This document shows positions 6,840 through 14,695 of a stretch of DNA of 20,000 bases, piece after piece. Source of the DNA: an uncultured virus (IMG/VR IMGVR_UViG_3300010233_002389) (Duplodnaviria > Heunggongvirae > Uroviricota > Caudoviricetes); the IMG/VR virus record IMGVR_UViG_3300010233_002389. One strand, given 5' to 3'. Position 1 is the first letter of the stretch. The number at the start of each line of letters is the position of its first letter. The notes beneath the pieces are model-generated. The model did no database searches, was not told the origin of the DNA, and saw only the letters and a list, made by a program, of their open reading frames with translations. The position numbers were made by a program, and so were the translations under genes.

Positions 6840-7645
6840 AACATATACGTAATGTATTAATAATTCTCTTTTTTGCATTCGTAGCGTGCTTAGATCAAAA
6901 TAATAAGATCGAGTCACAATCTATCATAGCAGAATCACCAATACTTGTATTAGACGAAATAGAAATCAACGAAAATAATTACCAATGCCCTTATGATATG
7001 GTACTTGTTGATGGAGAATACTGCTCCAACCTAGATATGCAATGTGCTCATATGGGCGGACCCAAACATCACGTTTGTCAAGAATTTGCTCAAACAAAAT
7101 GTATGTCAAAAAAAACCAGACATATGAACTTCTGTATGGATAAATATGAATGGCCAAACGAGGAGGGTATTATTCCAGATGTAATGTTTAGTTTTCTTGA
7201 TTTAGATAAAATGTGCAAATCCATCGGCAAAAGACTTTGCGCCGATGTCGAATTTATAAAAGCGTGTGAAGGTCCAGAAAACAAGCCATACCCATATGGT
7301 TACGTAAGAAATGATTCAATTTGCAATATCGATAAGATACCCATTGAATGGGATCAAGAAAAAATCAAACACAAAGATTGGGATGAAGTCAAAAAAGTTG
7401 ACCAAAGAGTACCAAGTGGATCGATGCCTTCTTGCGTTTCTGATTATGGTGTATATGATATAGTTGGAAATGTAGATGAGGAATACCAAAATACAATAGG
7501 TGAAGGCACTCCTCATCCAAACGTTATGATGAGTGGACACTGGATGAGAGGCGCAAGAAATATGTGTCGAGGCAGGACGCTAGTGCATAATGAATGGTTT
7601 TACATATACGAAGCGGGCGGACGATGTTGTAAGGATCCACAATGA
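6836..7645 (+). CDS. FGE-sulfatase (formylglycine-generating enzyme-like) domain lipoprotein
   Basis: Signal peptide ending FVAC; CPYDMVLVDG, FCMDKYEWPN, GKRLC..EF.KAC.G....YPYG, GVYDIVGNVDE, GRCC. Confidence 0.85.
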   Translation: MKHIRNVLIILFFAFVACLDQNNKIESQSIIAESPILVLDEIEINENNYQCPYDMVLVDGEYCSNLDMQCAHMGGPKHHVCQEFAQTKCMSKKTRHMNFCMDKYEWPNEEGIIPDVMFSFLDLDKMCKSIGKRLCADVEFIKACEGPENKPYPYGYVRNDSICNIDKIPIEWDQEKIKHKDWDEVKKVDQRVPSGSMPSCVSDYGVYDIVGNVDEEYQNTIGEGTPHPNVMMSGHWMRGARNMCRGRTLVHNEWFYIYEAGGRCCKDPQ

Positions 7646-7854
7646 AATATTTAATTTTAGTTATGTTATTATGTTTGGCATGTAACCCCGAAACACGTAA
7701 ACAACGTAGAACACTAATTGGTCCTGATGGTTATCCAGCATTAGATATTTGTAATTTTTATGATGCCGCAGACTTTTGCCCAAATGGATATGATGTCCTT
7801 GTCATAAAACATGAGTGTATGTTAATTAGATGTAAGACAAATAATCACAATTAA
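7642..7854 (+). CDS. Small putative lipoprotein
   Basis: MKYLILVMLLCLAC lipobox-like signal; Cys-rich body. Confidence 0.65.
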   Translation: MKYLILVMLLCLACNPETRKQRRTLIGPDGYPALDICNFYDAADFCPNGYDVLVIKHECMLIRCKTNNHN

Positions 7855-8115
7855 ATGAAAATAGTAAGAAAAATCATAACAACAAAAGAAGAGGAAGAAG
7901 TAGTCGATGTATTGTGCAATAAGTGTGGTAAAACGTGCCGCAATCCAGGTGCCTATGAACAATCTCCTTATGGTTTGATAGAACAAACATATTCAGGCGG
8001 TTATGGGTCTACTCCATTAGATGACTGCACAAATTATACATTTTCAATTTGCGAGTCTTGTCTAAAAGATTTTTTTGACTCATTTATAATCCCAGTCGAA
8101 ATTAGCGAATATTAG
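7855..8115 (+). CDS. Hypothetical zinc-binding protein
   Basis: CNKCGKTC ... ICESC. Confidence 0.7.
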   Translation: MKIVRKIITTKEEEEVVDVLCNKCGKTCRNPGAYEQSPYGLIEQTYSGGYGSTPLDDCTNYTFSICESCLKDFFDSFIIPVEISEY

Positions 8116-8134
8116 CTAGTATGCATAATTTTAT

Positions 8135-8323
8135 ATGGTCTTTATGTACGACCAAGACCGTGAAGAGCTAAGGAAAGCAGCCGATGCCATTTGGGAACTT
8201 GCAAAAAATACTCCAAGCAGTGACGTCGAAAATGTGCTAAAACAATTATCTACTGCATTACACCATTGCGCTGGCGGTCGTAAGTCTGGTATCATTCTTA
8301 TAGACGAACTAAATGAACCATAA
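8135..8323 (+). CDS. Hypothetical protein
   Basis: 62-aa co-oriented ORF overlapping the next start. Confidence 0.6.
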   Translation: MVFMYDQDREELRKAADAIWELAKNTPSSDVENVLKQLSTALHHCAGGRKSGIILIDELNEP

Positions 8324-8546
8324 TTGGACAATTGAAATAATTTCAGATATGCCCAGTTTGCATACTTATAGGGATGATCGGCGAGATATTTCTTTAAACA
8401 TAAAATGTCATAATTGTGGATTTTATGTTAATGGAAAAGGAGATTTTCTTTCCGTTAAGGACGCAAAAAATTGGGCTAATGGATTACCAAAAAGTTTTGA
8501 AGCTGAAAATTGTAACGAACATATAATGAAACAAATATTAAAATGA
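8313..8546 (+). CDS. Small Zn-finger-like protein of the IM-x-DVL-tail family
   Basis: HNW...CHNCG...CNEHIMKQILK. Confidence 0.7.
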   Translation: MNHNWTIEIISDMPSLHTYRDDRRDISLNIKCHNCGFYVNGKGDFLSVKDAKNWANGLPKSFEAENCNEHIMKQILK

Positions 8547-8552
8547 GGATAC

Positions 8553-8861
8553 ATGGTACAAGAAATTAATGAAGCAAATTGGGACGCAGAAGTACTAAAG
8601 TCGGAAACACAAGTATTAGTTGACTTTACCGCTACTTGGTGTGGTCCTTGCAAAAGGCTATCTCCCATTGTCGAAGACTTATCAAAGGACCTCGAAGGTA
8701 AAACTAAAGTAGTTAAAGTTGATATAGATAATTCACCTGAACTAGCCAAAAAATATGGCGTTCGTGGCGTTCCTACATTAATGGTTTTTGATGGCGGCGA
8801 AAAAACTGCTAGCATTGTTGGTTTAACCAGCCGCGAGAATATAATTAAATTATTAGCATGA
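8553..8861 (+). CDS. trxA: Thioredoxin
   Basis: VLVDFTATWCGPCK, VRGVPTL; GAGGA Shine-Dalgarno. Confidence 0.97.
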   Translation: MVQEINEANWDAEVLKSETQVLVDFTATWCGPCKRLSPIVEDLSKDLEGKTKVVKVDIDNSPELAKKYGVRGVPTLMVFDGGEKTASIVGLTSRENIIKLLA

Positions 8862-9094
8862 AATATTTAATACTTATAATTCTATTACTTGCATCATGTG
8901 ATCGTCTTGATCTGGACAAGACAACTGCAATTCAAGATAAAGAATTTAAAGAAAAAAAATTAGAAATGTGGAATGGTCCATGTGCTGACGAAGCAACTTT
9001 ACTTATAACATCCTCTGGATACTCAGTCTATCATATATGTTCTAATAAATTACATAAAAATGCGAGTACAAGTTGCAACACACCCATCAAATGA
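8858..9094 (+). CDS. Small putative lipoprotein, possibly frameshifted (alternative end 9146)
   Basis: MKYLILIILLLASC lipobox. A second frame continues from the A-run near 9056-9060 to 9146. Confidence 0.6.
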   Translation: MKYLILIILLLASCDRLDLDKTTAIQDKEFKEKKLEMWNGPCADEATLLITSSGYSVYHICSNKLHKNASTSCNTPIK

Positions 9095-9166
9095 AAATGT
9101 TGGGGCTTTAATATTTTGTGAATGTCAAAAGAATGAAACGAATTAAGATCACAATAGAAAAAGATA

Positions 9167-9340
9167 ATGAGTGAAATAAAAGCAATAGCATTCGAAACAC
9201 ATTGCCCAACATGTAAAACTGAATATGAAAATATTGGGCACCCTTTACGCCCCGGTGTTATAATGATGCGTACTTGTAAGTGTAAATATAAAACAATTAC
9301 AAATGGCAACAATGTAGTTATAGAATTAGAAAAAAAATGA
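9167..9340 (+). CDS. Small zinc-ribbon-like protein (57 aa)
   Basis: MSEIKAIAFETHCPTCK...TCKC...TNGNNVVIELEKK*; stop overlaps the next ATG. Confidence 0.6.
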   Translation: MSEIKAIAFETHCPTCKTEYENIGHPLRPGVIMMRTCKCKYKTITNGNNVVIELEKK

Positions 9341-9564
9341 GACCGATTAATCAAGGACCAGTAAGCAAGGGAAAGTTTTGCGACTATTGTCCTTGCTCAA
9401 ATTGTCAAGAAGGTTCAAAGATCATGGGCAGTTTACCTTGCGAAGATGGAACAAATATCTGTGAATGTTGCTATGGTGAAGACCCTTGTGGCATGGGCTG
9501 TCAAGGCGGATACCCTGACCAGCCATGTGAACATAAACCAAAATTAAAGAAAGATAAAGACTAA
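9337..9564 (+). CDS. Cys-rich small protein, copy 1
   Basis: KGKFCDYCPCSNCQ...CEDGTNICECCY.EDPCG.GC.GG...QPC.HKPKL; paralog of 9692-9916. Confidence 0.75.
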   Translation: MRPINQGPVSKGKFCDYCPCSNCQEGSKIMGSLPCEDGTNICECCYGEDPCGMGCQGGYPDQPCEHKPKLKKDKD

Positions 9565-9695
9565 TGGAAAATCAAGAAAAATGGGATAGGCGATTTTTGG
9601 AACTTGCAAAACAAGTTTCGACATGGAGCAAAGACCCAAGCACAAATGGAAATAATATAATTGTCGAATTGGAAGAAAATAAAAAGAATAAATGA
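9564..9695 (+). pseudogene. Chimeric junction ORF: dCMP deaminase N-terminus fused to the C-terminus of a 9167-like gene
   Basis: MENQEKWDRRFLELAKQVSTWSKDPST + NGNNIIVELEENKKNK*. Confidence 0.7.
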
Positions 9696-10011
9696 GAGCA
9701 TCTGGACAAGGAATAAGTAAGGGCAAATTTTGTGATTATTGTACTTGCAAAGATTGTCAGAATGGTGGACCATCTTACTTGACAAGTCTTGCATGCCAAG
9801 ATGGAACAAATATTTGCAATATCTGTTATCGTGAAGACCCATGTGGATTGGGCTGCAACGGAGGCTCACCAGAACAACCATGTAAACACAAACCAAAATT
9901 AAAGAAAATACTGTAGAAAGATAAGGATAAATGGAGCATCAAGAAAAATGGGATAGGCGATTTTTGGAACTTGCAAAACAAGTTTCGACATGGAGCAAAG
10001 ACCCAAGCACA
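9571..10011 (+). repeat. 74-nt exact direct repeat (9571-9644 and 9938-10011)
   Basis: ATCAAGAAAAATGGGATAGG...GACCCAAGCACA is present twice. Confidence 0.95.
9692..9916 (+). CDS. Cys-rich small protein, copy 2
   Basis: Same Cys pattern as 9337-9564 with many substitutions. Confidence 0.75.
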   Translation: MRASGQGISKGKFCDYCTCKDCQNGGPSYLTSLACQDGTNICNICYREDPCGLGCNGGSPEQPCKHKPKLKKIL

Positions 10012-10395
10012 CAAGTAGGTGCAATACTCGTAAATGACCTAAGACAAATAGTTGGAATGGGCTACAATGGATTTGCCAGAGGATGTAGTGATGACCCTGA
10101 GCTGTATGCAAATCGAGAGCTAAAATATGCTCGCGTTGTTCACGCAGAAGTAAACGCAATTATTCAAGCAGGGCATGCTGCACGTGGAACGACCATTTAT
10201 GTTTATCCGTCGTTTATGTTGCCTCCCGTTTGTCAGGATTGTTGCAAAGCTGTTATTCAAGCTGGAGTCAAAGGTATTGTTGGATATCTCCCAAATGAAA
10301 CCGACCCACGTGTAATACGCTGGAAAGACTCTATTTCAATTGCACGAGATATGTGGACTGAAGTTGGTAATTTCATCCGCTCTTATGAAGAATAA
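9931..10395 (+). CDS. dCMP deaminase (ComEB/DCTD family)
   Basis: SKDPSTQVGA, GYNG, HAEVNAI, PVCQDC zinc ligands. Confidence 0.92.
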   Translation: MEHQEKWDRRFLELAKQVSTWSKDPSTQVGAILVNDLRQIVGMGYNGFARGCSDDPELYANRELKYARVVHAEVNAIIQAGHAARGTTIYVYPSFMLPPVCQDCCKAVIQAGVKGIVGYLPNETDPRVIRWKDSISIARDMWTEVGNFIRSYEE

Positions 10396-10424
10396 CAAGT
10401 AATATTGATATATAGTATATACCT

Positions 10425-10498
10425 GGGGTCGTGGCTCAATTGGCACAGCACATCCTTTGCACGGATACATTTTGCGAGTTCGATTCTCGCCGACTCCA
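10425..10498 (+). tRNA. tRNA-Ala(TGC)
   Basis: Acceptor GGGGTCG/CGACTCC with G3:U70; ATCC-TT TGC AC-GGAT; T arm GCGAG-TTCGATT-CTCGC. Confidence 0.93.
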
Positions 10499-10567
10499 CT
10501 AAGCTATTGAATTCATTTATGAATTATGTTCTTATGTATATGGAGGATTTAATTATCTAAATTTGAA

Positions 10568-10891
10568 GTGGAAAATATGCTAATAAGTGTTGTTGCTTTA
10601 ATGATTGCACTTTTATCATTACTGTCAAACTTCGAGAAGTTTTCTAAATTTGTAGACGTTTGGTGGGGTATTTTAAGAGGCAAGAAGTGTTCTTCGGATA
10701 ATTGTAAATATCTAGAATACGCTGACGACTATACACACGATGACGCTCATGATATTTTTCAAAAGAAATATAAATTAGCTTACAATCTTGATAATGAAAT
10801 TCCTAGCAGCCATATATTTGTATTTTTGACATTAAGATTTTTTAGTAAGGTTGATGGGACATATAATAGTTTTAGAATGGTAAGACCATAA
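10568..10891 (+). CDS. Hypothetical protein with N-terminal hydrophobic segment
   Basis: 107-aa ORF; MLISVVALMIALLSLL. Confidence 0.55.
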   Translation: MENMLISVVALMIALLSLLSNFEKFSKFVDVWWGILRGKKCSSDNCKYLEYADDYTHDDAHDIFQKKYKLAYNLDNEIPSSHIFVFLTLRFFSKVDGTYNSFRMVRP

Positions 10892-10892
10892 T

Positions 10893-11577
10893 TCATCTTT
10901 TTAAGAATTTTCTAACCGCATTATCACTTACGCCAAATTTCTTACCAGTTCTAACATACCCGTGTCTTTTAACCATATCTTCGATAATAGATTTTTCTGG
11001 CCAGTCTACCTTAGTTTTAAGTTCAGAAAGAACTTTTTTATTACAAGTAAAACACAATCTTGATTTAGATGATTTTTTGGAGCCCTTACAATTAGAGCAA
11101 ACAAATTTATAAGCATGTCGTTCTTTTTTCTTTTTTGAGCCACAATAAGTCTCCGTTTGCGAATGGCAATTTGGACATAATATTCTCAAATTATCAATTC
11201 TATTATCTGAAGAGTCTCCATTAATATGATCTAAGTGCAAAGATAAAGATTTGCCGTTCCACTCAGGTAACAACCCACACTCATAACAGACATTATTCAA
11301 AACTTTATCTTTGATAAGACGCAACCTTAGGCTACTTGTTGATCGGTATTTACCATTAACTAATAGTTCATCAATAGGTGTTGTAGAAAAAATTACCACC
11401 GTTTGAACTAGCACGAAAATGATTTATATCAATGTTTAACCGTTTGATTTCAGCATGAAATAATTTATTATACCATCCCTGATTGCCTGGTAATCCAAAT
11501 TTATTCAATACTACTGATATAGAATAACTGTTTTTAACAGTCTCAATAAATTCTTCATCACTCCAATATTTATTCAT
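10893..11577 (-). pseudogene. HNH endonuclease split by a 1-nt frameshift
   Basis: 11371-11577 resembles the N-terminus of the 618 HNH (..NIDINHF versus ..NIDISHF). 10893-11414 has LHLDHING..DNRIDNLRILCPNCHSQT and a C-terminal HTH-like GVSDNAVRK. The frames join at the T6 run (+ strand A6, 11387-11392). Confidence 0.85.
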
Positions 11578-11634
11578 AAAATGATATTTGTTAACAAATC
11601 AAGAGAACTCGACTAATAATAAAACATAAATTAC

Positions 11635-11711
11635 AGGACATTAGCTCAATTGGCAGAGCGCCGGTTCTACACTCCGGAGGTTTATCGGTTCGAGTCCGAT
11701 ATGTTCTACCA
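11635..11711 (+). tRNA. tRNA-Val(TAC), atypical
   Basis: Acceptor AGGACAT/ATGTTCT; D arm GCTC/GAGC; CCGG-T TC TAC AC T-CCGG; T arm ATCGG-TTCGAGT-CCGAT; ACCA. Confidence 0.85.
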
Positions 11712-11782
11712 GGGTTGCATAACATTGCTATAAAGACTTTGATACTCTATCTCACGGGAATCAAAGCGACCCTGAATTTTTT
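11710..11782 (+). other. Long bulged hairpin directly after tRNA-Val, followed by a T-run (terminator or ncRNA)
   Basis: CAGGGTTGC (11710-11718) pairs with GCGACCCTG (11766-11774); TTTGAT (11738-11743) pairs with ATCAAA (11760-11765). Confidence 0.5.
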
Positions 11783-11920
11783 GAAAGATAAATAACATAA
11801 TATAAAATCTATATCAGCGCTATTGAAAAAAAATAATAAAACCGTGGCATGAAAAATCTAAAATTGATGACGACCTACATTTAGAACTAAAGAAAATGAA
11901 CGAAGAAAGAGATAAAGAAG

Positions 11921-12157
11921 ATGCATTATAAAGATGGAACATTAGCACAAATTGGCGATGTAGTTGTAGGAACAGTATATAATAACAAAGGAACTATTGT
12001 TGGTATAATATCAGAAATTACAAGTCAAACAAGTGAGACATGTAACTGTAAAGTACAAATACTAACAATTGTTCGAGAAGAAGAAGGTAGACGGTTAGTA
12101 ATGCAATCAAATGTAACTGATTACAGTGAATGCAAAGCATTATTAAAAGTTTGTTAA
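11921..12157 (+). CDS. Hypothetical protein
   Basis: 78-aa ORF; MHYKDGTLAQIGDVVVG. Confidence 0.7.
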   Translation: MHYKDGTLAQIGDVVVGTVYNNKGTIVGIISEITSQTSETCNCKVQILTIVREEEGRRLVMQSNVTDYSECKALLKVC

Positions 12158-12162
12158 AAATT

Positions 12163-12234
12163 GGGACCTTATTTCAGCGGTAGAATATCATCTTAACATG
12201 ATGAAGGTCATTGGTTCGAATCCAATAGGTCCTA
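12163..12234 (+). tRNA. tRNA-Val(AAC)
   Basis: Acceptor GGGACCT/AGGTCCT; TCATC-TT AAC AT-GATGA (AAC at 12195-12197); AGGTC variable loop; T arm ATTGG-TTCGAAT-CCAAT; A73. Confidence 0.92.
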
Positions 12235-12256
12235 CTAGGAAAACAAACATGATAAA

Positions 12257-12577
12257 ATGAATAAGCAAGAACTCTTACGATCCATTGCTGACAATGTTCG
12301 TAAGAAGCATCCGTGGAAAATATCTCAAGAAAAATATATGAAATTCTTTGGTGAACTACCAAGAGAATATCTTAATGAACGATTAGCTTATGATAATCTA
12401 CTAGAGAAGGCTAAGCAATTCAAACTATGCCATTTGGTCTTATCAGAGGTTAAGGTAGAAATTAGATTAACCATTGACCAATGCATTGAATGGGAAATTG
12501 CAAGATGGGAAGATGCTTCGGCTCATAATATTATGCCCAATGATATCAAGAAGATATTGAAGAGCAATGAATCTTGA
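12257..12577 (+). CDS. Hypothetical protein
   Basis: 106-aa co-oriented ORF. Confidence 0.7.
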   Translation: MNKQELLRSIADNVRKKHPWKISQEKYMKFFGELPREYLNERLAYDNLLEKAKQFKLCHLVLSEVKVEIRLTIDQCIEWEIARWEDASAHNIMPNDIKKILKSNES

Positions 12578-12800
12578 AGAATTCAAAAAAGCTGGACATG
12601 AGCTTGAGCACACAGAACAGTCAAATAAAAGAATGTTTAAAAGAATTTTTAATTGCGCCAAATGCGGAACACTTTATCATTATGATGTAATGGTAGACAT
12701 AATATTATTATGTGAAGCTATAGATATTAATGTATTAACACCTTCTACATTAGATAAATTTACCTGTGCAGAACTTATAATGAAAGCTGTATTGAAGTAA
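12567..12800 (+). CDS. Small Zn-finger-like protein of the IM-x-DVL-tail family
   Basis: EFKKAGHE...CAKCG...LDKFTCAELIMKAVLK; close paralog of the next ORF. Confidence 0.75.
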   Translation: MNLEEFKKAGHELEHTEQSNKRMFKRIFNCAKCGTLYHYDVMVDIILLCEAIDINVLTPSTLDKFTCAELIMKAVLK

Positions 12801-13045
12801 TGAAGGCGAATGAGTTTGAAAAGGCTGGGCATAAATATGCGTCAAGCCCACACGATCATGATTTATATTATAAATGTACAAATTGTGGAATTTATTATTT
12901 TTACCGTGATTCTCCAGACACATCTCCTTATAAAATAGCACTATTTGAAATGAAATTTAGAAATTTTGGTAGCTATCTAGACACAGCTACCTATTTAGAA
13001 AAATTCACTTGCGAAGAGATAATAATGAAAGATGTATTAGATTAA
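12800..13045 (+). CDS. Small Zn-finger-like protein of the IM-x-DVL-tail family
   Basis: EFEKAGHK...CTNCG...LEKFTCEEIIMKDVLD. Confidence 0.75.
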   Translation: MKANEFEKAGHKYASSPHDHDLYYKCTNCGIYYFYRDSPDTSPYKIALFEMKFRNFGSYLDTATYLEKFTCEEIIMKDVLD

Positions 13046-13068
13046 CTATATAAAAAGGACATTCGAAA

Positions 13069-13395
13069 ATGCAAGATAAAGACAAAATGATTGAAGAAAT
13101 GGTTGCGCAAATAAAAGAAAAAGACGAAATGCTTGAAACAGTAGAAGAAGATATAAAAGAGTTACTTTTGGAAGCACCCGAGGGTCAGCTTGATGCCAGC
13201 ATGAAGGATTTAATCAAGAATTGGGCAATACCTATCCCGTCGATACAAATATTAGAAGTAATTGATAAGTCTGTTAATGCCAGCTTAGCTTCCAGCTTTG
13301 TTATTTTTGCATTGGAGTCAATTTACAATGACGCCCTCTCTAGAGAAAATATTTCACATGAAGAGGTGGTGAAATTGGCAACATGGAGAAACTAA
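13069..13395 (+). CDS. Hypothetical protein
   Basis: 108-aa ORF with AAGGA Shine-Dalgarno. Confidence 0.7.
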   Translation: MQDKDKMIEEMVAQIKEKDEMLETVEEDIKELLLEAPEGQLDASMKDLIKNWAIPIPSIQILEVIDKSVNASLASSFVIFALESIYNDALSRENISHEEVVKLATWRN

Positions 13396-13652
13396 CGTGC
13401 AAGCCCAGACATAATTGGGTTAGTATTTTTACACCACGGGAAGATCCAAGTGGTTATGGAATAAATTATACAGTTAAATGCGTCCATTGCCACTATGTAT
13501 TAGATGAAATAACTTATACAGTTAAATGCCACTATGTATTAGATAAACAAATTATAGGTGATGACGAAATTAGTTTTGATGAGTACCCAATATACATAAA
13601 AGATAAACATTCCCATTATAATAAAATGATAATGAAAGACGTGTTATGTTAG
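13383..13652 (+). CDS. Small protein of the IM-x-DVL-tail family with internal duplication
   Basis: HNW...CVHC...KMIMKDVLC; YTVKC..HYVLD occurs twice. Confidence 0.7.
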   Translation: MEKLTCKPRHNWVSIFTPREDPSGYGINYTVKCVHCHYVLDEITYTVKCHYVLDKQIIGDDEISFDEYPIYIKDKHSHYNKMIMKDVLC

Positions 13653-14695
13653 ATAATCTCAAATATCGTAAATTTCAAAAGATCATACAAGAAAACGAAC
13701 AAAAGATAAAAGATATGCCCAAAGCTGAGCTTCACGTTCATCTTGATGGGTCTCTGCGTATTGATACGATGATTGAGCTTGCAATCCAATCACATTACAT
13801 TGGCACTGACTATATGGCGTCTCATGTAAAGCCAGTTGGTTTGCCATCACATTACCCACCGGCATTAATTAGAAAATTAAAGTTCGATCAAAAATACGAA
13901 TCATTAGAAGATTGTCTTAAAGTATTTACATTAACTACTGCGCTTATGCAGAACAAACTATCTCTAAATAGAATAGCGTTTGAATTAGTTGAAGATGCTT
14001 ATTGCGAAAACATTCAATACATGGAGATTAGGTTCGCTCCACATTTACACACCAATCGTCAGCAAACTAATGAAGATGTTTTAAATGAAGTACTAAACGG
14101 CTTATCAAGAGCTACTTTCCAATATAATGTCGAAACAAAAGTAATCATTTGTGGGATTAGAAATTTATCGCCAGATCTTTCATTAGAAATGGCTAAGCTA
14201 GCAGTTGCATTTAAGGATAAGGGAGTCGTAGGGTTTGATTTGGCTGGTGGCGAAAATGGATTTCCACCAGGTTTGCATAAGGATGCCTTCCAGGTTGCAC
14301 GAGATGGCGGACTAGGCATTACAATCCACGCTGGCGAAAGCGCCGGTCCAGAATCAATCAAAGAAGCTCTCGATCTTGGAGCTACTCGAATAGGTCACGG
14401 ATGCAGAATCATAGAAGATAAGAAACTAATGACCAGAGCTATAAAAGAAAATATAGCTCTCGAATGCTGTCCAACTTCCAACTGGCAAACTGGAGCTGTC
14501 AAAGACCTATCTGAACATCCACTAAAGAAATGCTTTGATGCCGGCATTAAAGTTACAATTAATACTGATAATAGATTGGTTCACAATACAACACTAACTA
14601 AAGAACTGTTGAAATGCGGGACAGAGATGAATCTCGGCATTGATACAATTACTGAGATGGTAGAGAATGGATTCAAAGCAAAATTCACAGTGTGA
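13646..14695 (+). CDS. add: Adenosine deaminase
   Basis: PKAELHVHLDGS, YMEIRFAP, GFDLAGGE, TIHAGE, RIGHG, CPTSN, INTDN. Confidence 0.95.
   Translation: MLDNLKYRKFQKIIQENEQKIKDMPKAELHVHLDGSLRIDTMIELAIQSHYIGTDYMASHVKPVGLPSHYPPALIRKLKFDQKYESLEDCLKVFTLTTALMQNKLSLNRIAFELVEDAYCENIQYMEIRFAPHLHTNRQQTNEDVLNEVLNGLSRATFQYNVETKVIICGIRNLSPDLSLEMAKLAVAFKDKGVVGFDLAGGENGFPPGLHKDAFQVARDGGLGITIHAGESAGPESIKEALDLGATRIGHGCRIIEDKKLMTRAIKENIALECCPTSNWQTGAVKDLSEHPLKKCFDAGIKVTINTDNRLVHNTTLTKELLKCGTEMNLGIDTITEMVENGFKAKFTV

Noticed and set aside
6836..7645. Diversity-generating retroelement target (FGE/CLec fold)
   Set aside because: No reverse transcriptase and no template/variable repeat pair were seen in this window.
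9931..10395. TadA-like tRNA A34 deaminase explaining the ANN tRNAs
   Set aside because: The motifs (SKDPSTQVGA, GYNG) are dCMP-deaminase type. The add gene is an amidohydrolase-fold nucleoside enzyme, also not TadA.
11661..11677. Amber suppressor reading (TT CTA CA) of the tRNA at 11635, or stop-codon recoding
   Set aside because: The symmetric centre of the loop is TAC. Conserved genes are uninterrupted in code 11, and TAG, TGA and TAA all serve as stops.
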